From a virus (lineage: Duplodnaviria > Caudoviricetes), in IMG/VR virus record IMGVR_UViG_651703101_000001, positions 64,001-128,000 of that record: 64,000 nt of DNA; one strand, 5' to 3'. Under the pieces are notes generated by a model. The model was not told the DNA's origin. It worked only from the letters and a program-made list of their open reading frames with translations, and made no database searches. Positions 46,554 through 55,908 of the stretch are shown in pieces; position 1 is the first letter of the stretch; every line of letters begins with the position of its first letter. The translations under genes and the position numbers were made by a program.

Positions 46554-49067
46554 TTAGGCAAAAAATGATTCTAGGGTTACTTGTTTTTCGGTATGCCATC
46601 CGACGGCATCCATAATGGTCTGCAATGGGTCGATAAATCCCTTCTGATACATCATATCATAGTCAAGATACCGTGTCAACCCCAATTCTGTCGGTAGATC
46701 CTTAGGAAAGGCTATGATATTTTCGTGAGTCGGGTTTGGAATCTTAAGAAAGACAAACTTAACTTTATCACCGTCACGGATATTTGAATAACGGTTTGTA
46801 AGATTCTTCTCTTTGATGAGTTTATTGAATGAAATACTACCCCTTACGTGATACGGAGTAGATTTCTTGTAACCTATAGGTCCACCACAAATGAATTGGC
46901 TGATGTTATTTGCAGTTCTAGGAAATGCAATATCTTCAACCGGAAGGGATTTGAACTCTTTTCTCTTTTCATTAATGTAAGCAATGAGTTGATCTTCAGT
47001 TCCGTTCATGAAGATCTTCAGACAATCTGTAATATACTCACGACAGGGAACCGGAGTAGAGGATTTTACAGCCTCGATTCCCATCATTTTGAGTTTTGCC
47101 TCTTTATACCGAACACCTTCATTGTCCCATACATTCAGAATATAACGTTTCTTGGCACTCCAAATTCCCTTTTCTGCAATCGCTTCTCTCTTCATGACCA
47201 TGGTATTATCATAGGCATTTAGGTACTCTGCCAATTCATCATAAGATGAATCAATAAAGGGAATGAGTTTTGCTTCCGTAAAGGAATCCAACATTTCAAC
47301 AATTTTGTTAGTTGGAAGTGCACTACTATTCGGAATAGACTCGACTAAAGGACCAAGATTTAAGTATACAGAGTCTGTATCAACATAGGCAACATAGTCG
47401 AAACCAGTTGTTTTGAGAACTTTGTTAAGATACTCATTCAACTTTCTCTCGATCCAACGAATTGCAACTTGTCCAGTCACAGTAATTGCCTCAGCATTAT
47501 CCACACGATAATGACGGAAATACTGATTACCGATCGCCCCATAAAGAGAGTTCAATTGAATCTTACGAGCCATTTGGAAGTTACTCCACTTAGCAATCTC
47601 TTTACTTAATTGTTTGGTGGGATTTTGTTCATACTTTCTCTTGGCATCAAGCATGTTATTCTTGTACTGTACACGTTCATCATAGATCTTCTTCACAAGT
47701 TCAGGCATGAACCCGAGAATATCTTTACGGTACATACAACCATTCGCGGCGATGGTTAGGTCCGATGAGGCTGCCTGTAATTTATCTTTCTTCTGAATCA
47801 AGTCTTCCTTATTTACATGAATCTTGGAGTACAAAGTTTCTGGAGAAATATTCAGGAACCGAATCAAAGAAGGATATAGAGAGTTAAGGTCAAAGTTCAC
47901 AATCCAGTTATATGCACCTGGAATGGGTTCTTTAACATATGCACCCTCATACTGATCATTCTTTTCAGATCTTACAACCGGAGAAAGAACAATATTCTTT
48001 TCTTTCAAAAAGTTGTAGATGATGACATCCCAAAGTCTAACTTGACGGAAAGTATCTTCGTAGTTGCAATGAGAATCGTATGAAATCAACATGATCAATT
48101 CGATCAGTTTCATCTTTTCTTCTAACTTGTCAACAAGATTAACATCACGAATATTATACTCTGTGAACTTTTGCCAGTTTTTGGTGTAGAACTCTTGGAA
48201 TGTATCGTACTCGGAGTGATCTAGTTTCTTTTCACCAAGTTCAATTTCGGCGATTGCGTCCAGTTTATAGGAGGCTCTGTTGATAAATGCGAATTTCTTA
48301 TAGGCGGCAAGATAGTCTAGGACAGAAACACCAACAACATCAAATCGTTGTTCTTTTCTGTTATTAACCTCTACTTCTTTCTCCAATACAAACTTCCATG
48401 GAGATAGACTTTTTGCGTCAGTTTCTCCAAGAATTAGATTGATTCTGTTGTAGAGATAAGGAATATCAAAACCTTCAATATTCCATCCAGTTATAACTTC
48501 TGGCTCTTCTTTTCTCCACCAAGTAAGAAATTCATGTAATAGATGTTTTTCATTATTACACTTCAGGTAGTGAATTTTGGAATTATTAGTAATAAATTCA
48601 CCACAACCAAATGTATAGACATCTTTGGTTTGGAAATTCTTAAGAGAAATTAGAAGAATCTCCTGATCCGCAACACGAATATTCGGGAATCCATTTTCTG
48701 CAGTAGTCTCAATATCTAAAGACCAAAGTTTAATCTTTTCAGGTTCGTAATTTACGTCACCACGAAACTCTTCGGATAGAAACTGATACAGAATCTTTTC
48801 CATTCCGTATACAGTTACACCCTCAACATCTTTGTAACGTTGAAGAAAGTCTTTACAATCACGAATAGATCCTGGCTGAACTGGAGCCACAGGAATTCCA
48901 TCTAGAGTTCGATATTCTGTTGGTTTGTCTGTTTTTAGATAGAACGTTGGTTTGAAAGGATACTTGTTGTTGAAGTATCCTTCGGATTCGCTCCAGCCTC
49001 TACAGAGAACGTTGTTTCCATATAGAGTTGCGTAGGTGTAATGTCTCTTCAAAGTTGTCAGTTGCAA
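46554..49067 (-). CDS. gp43: DNA polymerase (family B) gp43
   Basis: DIET exonuclease motif, FDLNSLYPS, KIQLNSLYG, YVDTDS, KKRY. Confidence 0.98.
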   Translation of the reverse strand: MQLTTLKRHYTYATLYGNNVLCRGWSESEGYFNNKYPFKPTFYLKTDKPTEYRTLDGIPVAPVQPGSIRDCKDFLQRYKDVEGVTVYGMEKILYQFLSEEFRGDVNYEPEKIKLWSLDIETTAENGFPNIRVADQEILLISLKNFQTKDVYTFGCGEFITNNSKIHYLKCNNEKHLLHEFLTWWRKEEPEVITGWNIEGFDIPYLYNRINLILGETDAKSLSPWKFVLEKEVEVNNRKEQRFDVVGVSVLDYLAAYKKFAFINRASYKLDAIAEIELGEKKLDHSEYDTFQEFYTKNWQKFTEYNIRDVNLVDKLEEKMKLIELIMLISYDSHCNYEDTFRQVRLWDVIIYNFLKEKNIVLSPVVRSEKNDQYEGAYVKEPIPGAYNWIVNFDLNSLYPSLIRFLNISPETLYSKIHVNKEDLIQKKDKLQAASSDLTIAANGCMYRKDILGFMPELVKKIYDERVQYKNNMLDAKRKYEQNPTKQLSKEIAKWSNFQMARKIQLNSLYGAIGNQYFRHYRVDNAEAITVTGQVAIRWIERKLNEYLNKVLKTTGFDYVAYVDTDSVYLNLGPLVESIPNSSALPTNKIVEMLDSFTEAKLIPFIDSSYDELAEYLNAYDNTMVMKREAIAEKGIWSAKKRYILNVWDNEGVRYKEAKLKMMGIEAVKSSTPVPCREYITDCLKIFMNGTEDQLIAYINEKRKEFKSLPVEDIAFPRTANNISQFICGGPIGYKKSTPYHVRGSISFNKLIKEKNLTNRYSNIRDGDKVKFVFLKIPNPTHENIIAFPKDLPTELGLTRYLDYDMMYQKGFIDPLQTIMDAVGWHTEKQVTLESFFA

Positions 49068-49075
49068 ATGGTAAA

Positions 49076-49462
49076 TTACTCTTCAATATACATCACTTCG
49101 TCGTTTTCATCGACATAGTGATCTCGCTCCTCATAGTCATCAAGGTCTTCGGTAAGAAGTTGTTGAGGGGGATTCAGTTCTTCTAATGTTTTTCCGATTG
49201 TTTCTAGATATTTTGTCAGAACATTTTGACTCGGATCACACATAGTCTTGATATCCCTACTATAAAGTAGAATATCTTCTTCGTCGGTATACCTTGGCCA
49301 CTTCTTAAGAGAGAAAGAAAATGGACTTATTTTTAGTTCTAATTTTTCTAGTTCCTTAATCTCATATGGTTCTCTCAAATGACAACTAGGTTCAATACCT
49401 AGTTGTTCTACTTGAGAAATCAAGTATTCTCCACTATTCAGGAGAATTAACGACACTATCAT
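49076..49462 (-). CDS. Conserved hypothetical protein (Sm-like)
   Basis: LILLNSGEYLIS..CHLREPY..KWP. Confidence 0.7.
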   Translation of the reverse strand: MIVSLILLNSGEYLISQVEQLGIEPSCHLREPYEIKELEKLELKISPFSFSLKKWPRYTDEEDILLYSRDIKTMCDPSQNVLTKYLETIGKTLEELNPPQQLLTEDLDDYEERDHYVDENDEVMYIEE

Positions 49463-49784
49463 GATCTTCTATTTCAATTGTTGGTGGGTTCAAGGTATTT
49501 AGATACGACTCTCTGACCCCATCTGTTGGGGTATGTGCAGAGACAATCCAATTGCAATTAAGTGAAAATTCATTATCATCTGTTAGACAACAATATTTCA
49601 TGAAAGATGCCTCAACACCAGGAGGTGAATACACACCACCATGCACGGAGTCATGTATTGGGTGATAATGTACCATCATAGGATCCCTCACCCGCATAAA
49701 ATCAGGATGATCATCTTCTTTTACATGTGCAACAATATGGTGGCCATTTGCAGTCACTAGGACTTTGATTTCGTATTCATTCAT
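49434..49784 (-). CDS. Conserved hypothetical protein (Sm-like)
   Basis: IKVLVTANGHHIVAHVKE..NWIVS..P. Confidence 0.7.
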   Translation of the reverse strand: MNEYEIKVLVTANGHHIVAHVKEDDHPDFMRVRDPMMVHYHPIHDSVHGGVYSPPGVEASFMKYCCLTDDNEFSLNCNWIVSAHTPTDGVRESYLNTLNPPTIEIEDHDSVVNSPE

Positions 49785-49815
49785 AATAAAAGACCCCCGA
49801 AGGGGTCGGTAGTGT

Positions 49816-50223
49816 TTACTTAATTGGAAGAATCTTTTTCTTTTGATCTTCTGGTACTTCTCTACGAAGATATACCCTTAACATTCCATTATCATGTGTG
49901 ACACAATCTACCTTTACATCATCACCCAGATTCCAGGATTTTGTAAATGATCTTTGTGCAATTCCTTTATATGTATACTCTCTAATATCTTCTTCATTTT
50001 TTCCGCTAACTGTAAGAGTATGTTTTTCGACAGAAACTTCTAGATCATTTTTACGATATCCTGCAAGGGCAATTTCAATAAAATGATTATTTTCGTCTTG
50101 TTTTACAATGTTGTATGGCGGGAAGTTGGATCTGGTGTCATGCATATGGTCTAATCTACGAAAGAAATCTTCTAGTCCAATTCCATATGGAGTATAGGTT
50201 TCCCATTTAGCTAGATTTGTCAT
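49816..50223 (-). CDS. hsp20: Small heat shock protein
   Basis: NFPPYNIV, EIALAGY, KGIAQRSF, NGML..VPE; late promoter at 50277-50284. Confidence 0.95.
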   Translation of the reverse strand: MTNLAKWETYTPYGIGLEDFFRRLDHMHDTRSNFPPYNIVKQDENNHFIEIALAGYRKNDLEVSVEKHTLTVSGKNEEDIREYTYKGIAQRSFTKSWNLGDDVKVDCVTHDNGMLRVYLRREVPEDQKKKILPIK

Positions 50224-50314
50224 AGTTCTCCTATTAAAGCAAGTAATGAATAGTGGTCCCCGAAGGCAACCACTCATATTTATAGGACATAATCCTGGAT
50301 TTGTCAAGGGCGGT

Positions 50315-50719
50315 TTACCCTACAATTTTCTTTGATCCGATTTGATACTTGGGCTCAAGAATCCAATCTTTCTTCTCTTTAAAAGGAATGATTTTAATTT
50401 GTGAGACTGGTACCATTTCTTCAATTTTAGTTGAGTCTACGACTTGAACCAGACCCCAATCACTGAGGAGCTTAGTAATTCTATTTCTTCTCTGAATATC
50501 ATTTTCAGAAAGATCTGATGCCTTACCATCTAACAGGAATAGTTCCTTAAAAGAAACAATGTAATACTTTCCCTGTTTATGAAGAATGTGACAGGACTGA
50601 TAAAGTTTATTTTCAGTTCTTGATGCTACTCCAATTCTGGTTAGTGTTTCTCTAACCTTAAGAAAGTCATCGGGTTGATTTAATCTGACCTCAACTAGAT
50701 CATTGGCTGTCCATTCCAT
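50315..50719 (-). CDS. regA: Translational repressor RegA
   Basis: PDDFLKVRETLTRIGVASR..LYQSCHILHKQG. Confidence 0.97.
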   Translation of the reverse strand: MEWTANDLVEVRLNQPDDFLKVRETLTRIGVASRTENKLYQSCHILHKQGKYYIVSFKELFLLDGKASDLSENDIQRRNRITKLLSDWGLVQVVDSTKIEEMVPVSQIKIIPFKEKKDWILEPKYQIGSKKIVG

Positions 50720-50753
50720 AATAATAAGAATAATGTTTATTCTTATTTAGGTT

Positions 50754-51083
50754 TTAGTCAACTAACAGTTCATTCAAATCACCATTCCAAAATGGAATAA
50801 ACCACAATGTATTCATATACGCATGTTTACCAGCTAGAGCCATTCTATTCCATGCGGAATTTGGAATAGAATTTGCCTTATGTAGCTTTTCATGCAAGAT
50901 ATTAAGCTCTTGCTTTGTAATAACCGACACAAGTTGTCCATTATAGAAGTCAAGAACTTCTTTCTTTAGTTTTTCACCTTCATAGGTTAGTTCAATTTCA
51001 GGTTTAATATTAGATTCAATTGGTGCACGAGATTCTACCCAAGTCCGTTTAAGACTCTCTAGAACTTTGACAAAATAATTCAT
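50754..51083 (-). CDS. Hypothetical protein coupled to the MTase
   Basis: ATGA overlap with the MTase stop. Confidence 0.6.
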   Translation of the reverse strand: MNYFVKVLESLKRTWVESRAPIESNIKPEIELTYEGEKLKKEVLDFYNGQLVSVITKQELNILHEKLHKANSIPNSAWNRMALAGKHAYMNTLWFIPFWNGDLNELLVD

Positions 51084-52225
51084 TTGAGTTTAGATAATAC
51101 GTTTTTATAGACGGATGAGGCAATTTCTTTCATCATTAATGGAGGAACCATTCTTCCGATTCTTTCTGCCCTCTGTTTCCAGGATCCAGTCAAAACAAAG
51201 TCTTCAGGAAGTGATTGAATTCTCATCATTTCTGGAATGGTGATCTTTCGATTTTCTAAAGGATGAATCACACCACCAAATGTAACATTGGCACAACCCA
51301 TGGCTGTCAGTGTGGGAGAAGGTTGGAACATTGACGCCCTCTTCATGTTGAACGCGTGACCTTTAGGGTGAAAGTCGCATCCATTCAAAACTTTCGGTGG
51401 GTTGTCTGGCATCTTGGACGCAACATTGAGATATAGATTAGACTTCAGCCACTTTTCATTCATTTCTTTGATTTCTAGTGGATCATTGACCAATCCAACC
51501 ATACCCTCACCAAAAGTCATTTTAGTGCCAGATTCTGGTGGAAATAGACTAGAAATATTCAGGAATGTCATTCCTACTTTCTCCGCGATATCTTGACGTA
51601 CCGCAATGAAGATAACTCTTTGTCTATTTTGCGGAACACCATGACGACAGGCATTCATGACTTTAGAGGCAACATAGTATCCGATATTCTCAAATTCCTT
51701 GAGAATACGGTTGTAATAACTGACAGCCTCACCGATTGTAAGACCTTTGACATTCTCACCTACAATGACTTTTGGTTGAATTTCCTCAGCAACCCTTAGG
51801 AATTCAAAGAAAAGATCTTCAATATTGGTCTGTTTGATTCCATCTGAATAGTGCTTGGTCTTTCCCCATCCATCAGAGTGTGTTGCTCCCGCAGAGCGAC
51901 ACATGGAACCTGCTACAGAGAATGCTGAGCACGGTGGGGAACCATCAAGTAAGTCTAACTCACCCGGCTTGAGACCAACTTTATCTAGAAAGTCCTTACC
52001 AGTTAATTGACGAATATCATCAGGAAGAATGATAGTTTCGGGATAATTTTGATGATATGTAATTCTTGCTTCTTCAACAAACTCATTAATTGCAAGAAGT
52101 TTACCACCGGCAAGTCGATAACCGGTCGAAGATCCACCACCCCCAGCAAATGTAGAAATGACTGTAAATAGTGCACGGTCTGATGAATCGTGCACGTCCT
52201 TCATTGTGTATGGTGTGTAAGTCAT
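51080..52225 (-). CDS. C5-cytosine DNA methyltransferase-family enzyme, likely carboxymethyltransferase
   Basis: Motif I FAGGGG, IV GSPPC, VI ENV, VIII QNRQR; motif X reads IGRMVPP instead of IGNAVPP. Confidence 0.92.
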   Translation of the reverse strand: MTYTPYTMKDVHDSSDRALFTVISTFAGGGGSSTGYRLAGGKLLAINEFVEEARITYHQNYPETIILPDDIRQLTGKDFLDKVGLKPGELDLLDGSPPCSAFSVAGSMCRSAGATHSDGWGKTKHYSDGIKQTNIEDLFFEFLRVAEEIQPKVIVGENVKGLTIGEAVSYYNRILKEFENIGYYVASKVMNACRHGVPQNRQRVIFIAVRQDIAEKVGMTFLNISSLFPPESGTKMTFGEGMVGLVNDPLEIKEMNEKWLKSNLYLNVASKMPDNPPKVLNGCDFHPKGHAFNMKRASMFQPSPTLTAMGCANVTFGGVIHPLENRKITIPEMMRIQSLPEDFVLTGSWKQRAERIGRMVPPLMMKEIASSVYKNVLSKLK

Positions 52226-52917
52226 TTTAACGCAATCACACCTACGAACTGATGATTTCTCCAGAAGATTTGTGTTGCGTGAAATCCTGCAGAAAGAACC
52301 ATACGATTTAGTTCACCCCAAGTATTGGGTTTCAACATATCACGAAGTTGCTTTTCTTTATTCATGATTTCTTCTGGAGTGAATGACTTACGTTTGAAGT
52401 CATAATAGTTGAAGGTCAAGAGTTCTTGAAAGAAAGCATCTTCACACATTAGTTTCTCGGCGAAGATAAATGCCCCACCTTCGTTGAGGCCTCCGTAAAT
52501 CCTGTTGATCACTTCCTGTCTGTCAGTCTTGGGCATGAACTGTAGAGTGAAGATAGAGGTGACTAGAGAACAGTTCTTGAAGTCATAATTACGAATATCA
52601 CCACGAACAAACTCAAGAATCGCAGAAGGATGATCTTTACGAACTTCTTTGTATCGATTGTCCATATCGTCATAGAAACTACCTGCAAGTTCCACACCAA
52701 CATACTGTGCGTACTGTCGATTGGGATTCTCCGCAATAATCATTTTGGTGAGTTTACCTGTAGAACAACCAATGTCTACTACTTTGGTATGATCCTCTAC
52801 AAAATAACGGGAGAAGGCAACTGTGTCTTCTAGAAGATTGGAATAACCACGAATAGAGTGGTCGATGTGATTGTCAAACCCTTCCTGAGATTGGGCGAAT
52901 GTGAAATCGTAAGTCAT
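52222..52917 (-). CDS. cmoA: CmoA-like carboxy-S-adenosylmethionine synthase
   Basis: FDNHIDHSIRGY, VDIGCSTG, GDIR, FTLQF, GLNEGGAFIFAEK, YDFKR, AGF..FW..F.GVIALK are collinear with E. coli CmoA. Confidence 0.88.
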   Translation of the reverse strand: MTYDFTFAQSQEGFDNHIDHSIRGYSNLLEDTVAFSRYFVEDHTKVVDIGCSTGKLTKMIIAENPNRQYAQYVGVELAGSFYDDMDNRYKEVRKDHPSAILEFVRGDIRNYDFKNCSLVTSIFTLQFMPKTDRQEVINRIYGGLNEGGAFIFAEKLMCEDAFFQELLTFNYYDFKRKSFTPEEIMNKEKQLRDMLKPNTWGELNRMVLSAGFHATQIFWRNHQFVGVIALK

Positions 52918-53159
52918 AATGCATCCTTAATAATACTTTTTGTCATTGGTGTCAGACGACTTATCGCTTCATAAAGGTCTTCTGCAGAAGCATAGTTAAG
53001 ATCGTCTACCAAACTATTTAGCCGACTTTCACAGTCCTCACATTCATATTCAGCCTCTACTATCCCTAATACTACTGGACAATCGTCATCATAGTATTTA
53101 CATCCACACCTTTTGCAACAGTGTGTTGCATGCACACCTATCTTGTCTACTTCTATCAT
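52914..53159 (-). CDS. Cys-rich (Zn-binding?) small protein
   Basis: HATHCCKRCGCKY..CPV..ECEDC; ATGA-coupled to cmoA. Confidence 0.6.
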   Translation of the reverse strand: MIEVDKIGVHATHCCKRCGCKYYDDDCPVVLGIVEAEYECEDCESRLNSLVDDLNYASAEDLYEAISRLTPMTKSIIKDAL

Positions 53160-53380
53160 CCTCTTGGTCCTCCCATGTAGGGATAAAGATGTTTCCATGA
53201 CTCATAGGCACCAGCAGTCCATGGGTGAGAATAGGGATTATTCTCCCAGGATTGGATTTGTTCTTTTGTTCCTTTCCATAGAAGGGGATGTTCTTGTTCA
53301 CTCAACATATGTTGACCTCTGTTGGATATCACCCACTCTTCAAATCTTTCTCTCATTCTAATAGTCATTAGATCCACCAT
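53156..53380 (-). CDS. Hypothetical protein
   Basis: RERFEEW..Y..W pattern. Confidence 0.55.
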   Translation of the reverse strand: MVDLMTIRMRERFEEWVISNRGQHMLSEQEHPLLWKGTKEQIQSWENNPYSHPWTAGAYESWKHLYPYMGGPRG

Positions 53381-53496
53381 TTAGCATCCCAAAAAGTTAT
53401 AACTAGGCAAAGGCCAAGGATGGCCAAAAGACCGACAACGACAATCCCTAATGCCTGTACAAGAGTGATTACCCAAACTGGTATTACGATAGTCAT
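53368..53496 (-). CDS. 42-aa TM micropeptide (not in ORF track)
   Basis: MTIVIPVWVITLVQALGIVVVGLLAILGLCLVITFWDAKWWI; ATGA-coupled to gp62. Confidence 0.5.
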   Translation of the reverse strand: MTIVIPVWVITLVQALGIVVVGLLAILGLCLVITFWDAKWWI

Positions 53497-53864
53497 TTTC
53501 CACCTTTCTCCATATGTTTACGGATCCATTCTAACTGATCATCGGTCAGGATGTCAAGTGCCTGCTGGGCCTTACGGTCACTGAAACCATAATGATCTTT
53601 TAACATTGCAATGTTTTCTAGTGTATCATTTTTACTCTTTTTCAACCATTTTTCAAATCGGTTTCCCTTCTTTACAGAATGATAATAGAAGTCGAATTGC
53701 ATATCCTTGGGAAGCTCAGGATAACGGTTCAATTCATTGGCCAACAATACAGTGTCAGGAAATGCGGAAAATGAGTGATTAGTGAGATAGGGCACATAAC
53801 CACTCATGTCTTCTACATCAGTTTTCTTTTGGATTGCTTTGATGTAGTCAAATGCGTCAGCCAT
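53493..53864 (-). CDS. gp62: Clamp loader small subunit gp62
   Basis: FDYIKAI..YVPYLTN..DTVLLANELN..MQFDF..YGFS..KAQQAL.IL. Confidence 0.92.
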   Translation of the reverse strand: MADAFDYIKAIQKKTDVEDMSGYVPYLTNHSFSAFPDTVLLANELNRYPELPKDMQFDFYYHSVKKGNRFEKWLKKSKNDTLENIAMLKDHYGFSDRKAQQALDILTDDQLEWIRKHMEKGGK

Positions 53865-54018
53865 TCTTTACATAAGAGATATTGAACTTTGTTCCGTCAG
53901 AAAGTTGAATAGAACCGGTTTGTTCTTTACTCAACATGAACTCATATAGTTGATTGCGCGCAGGTTCGTCTGCGAGGACCTTTTTCATGTTTTCTGAAAC
54001 TGGAATGTGGTTATACAT
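53857..54018 (-). CDS. Hypothetical protein
   Basis: ATG at 54018 (MYNHIPVSE...). Confidence 0.5.
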   Translation of the reverse strand: MYNHIPVSENMKKVLADEPARNQLYEFMLSKEQTGSIQLSDGTKFNISYVKNG

Positions 54019-54022
54019 TGAA

Positions 54023-54133
54023 TTAGGGTGTGATAATAAACAAAATAAGAGCAATAATCCAGGCAGTAAGTGCTAAATCTGATGGATATAAAATATCCAC
54101 TATTGCTGTAAAGATAAGAAGAAATGCCTTCAT
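54023..54133 (-). CDS. 36-aa hydrophobic micropeptide B
   Basis: MKAFLLIFTAIVDILYPSDLALTAWIIALILFIITP. Confidence 0.55.
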   Translation of the reverse strand: MKAFLLIFTAIVDILYPSDLALTAWIIALILFIITP

Positions 54134-54265
54134 TTAACTAATAGAAAAAATACACCAAATGAAAAGAGCAACAAACATTATAGTTAGTGTCAATTCAGAC
54201 GGATACAGAATATTTGTAAACGCAGTAAGCAATACAATTAGTCCTGTAAAATTGAAATAACTCAT
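54134..54265 (-). CDS. 43-aa hydrophobic micropeptide A
   Basis: MSYFNFTGLIVLLTAFTNILYPSELTLTIMFVALFIWCIFSIS; ATGA-coupled to gp44. Confidence 0.55.
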   Translation of the reverse strand: MSYFNFTGLIVLLTAFTNILYPSELTLTIMFVALFIWCIFSIS

Positions 54266-55194
54266 TTGTAATCAAGTAACATGAGCTCTACCATCATTGC
54301 CAGAGTGTTGACTTCTTGATCCACAACGAATGCAGACTTGTAAGAATACTCTGCAAATGTAAGAATTGCCTGGGGAATAGAAGCTGGTTGAAGGTTTGAG
54401 GGAAGTTCATCATAAAGGGACCTGACCAAAGATGTAAAATCCTGATCAAGATTTTCAACTACCCATGTTCTAACCTCTTTGAACTTCTTGTTTTTCAGAG
54501 ATTCAATAACTTCCTTGACAGAAACTGTGCAAACTTCAGTAAGAATACCGGTGTCGATAGTCCCACCCTGAGAATAACGTTGAATTTCATTCAACGCACG
54601 GCGGAAGTCTGGAAAGTGTTTATTAACAAATGCGGCGACAACTTTCTGATCATATGTTACTAGATTTTCATCCAGAATATTACACAATCTTTTGAAGAAT
54701 TGACTCGCAAGTGCCGGTTTCTCTTTTGACGGAATCACAAAATCAATCACCGCACATCGAGAATGTAGGGCAGGAATGAGTTTGTTCTTGTAATTACAAG
54801 TCAAAACGAAAGAACAATTGTTCTGTAGTTCTTCCATCGCAGCACGAAGAGCCTTTTGGGCATCTCCTGTTAGATTATCTGCTTCGTCAAGTAAAAGGAC
54901 TTTACGATCCCCAGTTAGAGAAGTTGTAGAACCGAAAGAAAACATCTTATTTCTGACATCATCAATGCCCCGCTCTGAGGAGGCATTCATGAACATCAAA
55001 TCTGCGTTAATTTCATTACACAGAGCTTTCACGGAGGATGTTTTTCCGATACCTGCTCCACCGGAGAGGATAAGATTTGAGACCTTTCCTGTTTTGACAA
55101 ATTCTTGAAAGGTAGTCTTAATTGTCTTCGGGAGAATACAATCATCAATCGTCTGTGGAGCGTAGCGCTCCACCCACAAAAATTGGTCACTCAT
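54262..55194 (-). CDS. gp44: Clamp loader large subunit gp44
   Basis: FLWVERYAP, GGAGIGKT, LDEAD, LHSRC, FPDFRR. Confidence 0.97.
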   Translation of the reverse strand: MSDQFLWVERYAPQTIDDCILPKTIKTTFQEFVKTGKVSNLILSGGAGIGKTSSVKALCNEINADLMFMNASSERGIDDVRNKMFSFGSTTSLTGDRKVLLLDEADNLTGDAQKALRAAMEELQNNCSFVLTCNYKNKLIPALHSRCAVIDFVIPSKEKPALASQFFKRLCNILDENLVTYDQKVVAAFVNKHFPDFRRALNEIQRYSQGGTIDTGILTEVCTVSVKEVIESLKNKKFKEVRTWVVENLDQDFTSLVRSLYDELPSNLQPASIPQAILTFAEYSYKSAFVVDQEVNTLAMMVELMLLDYK

Positions 55195-55862
55195 CAGGAG
55201 TTATAGAAAGAATTGGACGGATCGATAGCAATATAATATTTGATATTACTACTTTGGTGAGTAAAGCGAGAGAGCATTGAGGAAGAAATCACAACATCAT
55301 AATCCCCAGAAATGATTTTAAGACTCTCAACCTTGAAGACGAATTCAAACTCAGTATCACACTGTCCAACTTCAATTTGATAACTGTTAGATCCTGAATT
55401 CTTCTTGTCAGAAACGACGATCTTAATAGTCTCACCATCACCTTTCAGAGAAACATCAGGAATTTGAAGAACTGCAGCTGCCTTCTTGACAGTCTCTAGG
55501 TCTTCTTGTTTAAGAACGAAACAAACATCTTCACTAGGAAGAGAGAGTTCTTTATCTGGAGGAGTCTGAATAACAGATGGCTCGGCATATCGATAATTGA
55601 TAGAATTTGAACCATCAGTAATTTGAATATAATCTTCTAGAAGATTGACTTCTGCACCTGGAATTAGGGACAAACAGTTAAGAAACTGAGAAAGATCATA
55701 AATTGGAACATCCCGTTCAAACGTTTCAGTGACAACTGCTTCCCCGAGCAGATCTTTCATTGAAGAAAGAGTACGCAAAGAAGAACCAGCTTTGATCAAA
55801 AGATTTTGATTAATGGTTGCAAAGTTTTTGAGAATTGAATGAGTCTCTTGTGAGATAAACAT
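55194..55862 (-). CDS. gp45: Sliding clamp gp45
   Basis: ILKNFATINQ, IYDLSQFL, YYIAID. Confidence 0.95.
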   Translation of the reverse strand: MFISQETHSILKNFATINQNLLIKAGSSLRTLSSMKDLLGEAVVTETFERDVPIYDLSQFLNCLSLIPGAEVNLLEDYIQITDGSNSINYRYAEPSVIQTPPDKELSLPSEDVCFVLKQEDLETVKKAAAVLQIPDVSLKGDGETIKIVVSDKKNSGSNSYQIEVGQCDTEFEFVFKVESLKIISGDYDVVISSSMLSRFTHQSSNIKYYIAIDPSNSFYNS

Positions 55863-55908
55863 AATAAAAAGTAAGGCGGTTGTAGTTTAGTCGAAGTTGG
55901 TCGGGTTG

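Noticed and set aside
19924-49067. Introns or inteins in psbA, nrdA, nrdB, gp41 or gp43
   Set aside because: All are uninterrupted and of normal length; no homing-endonuclease motifs recognised
52222-52917. cmoA acting only in tRNA cmo5U modification
   Set aside because: No cmoB in the window, and the gene is coupled to a DNA MTase with a basic motif-X residue; not excluded, but less parsimonious
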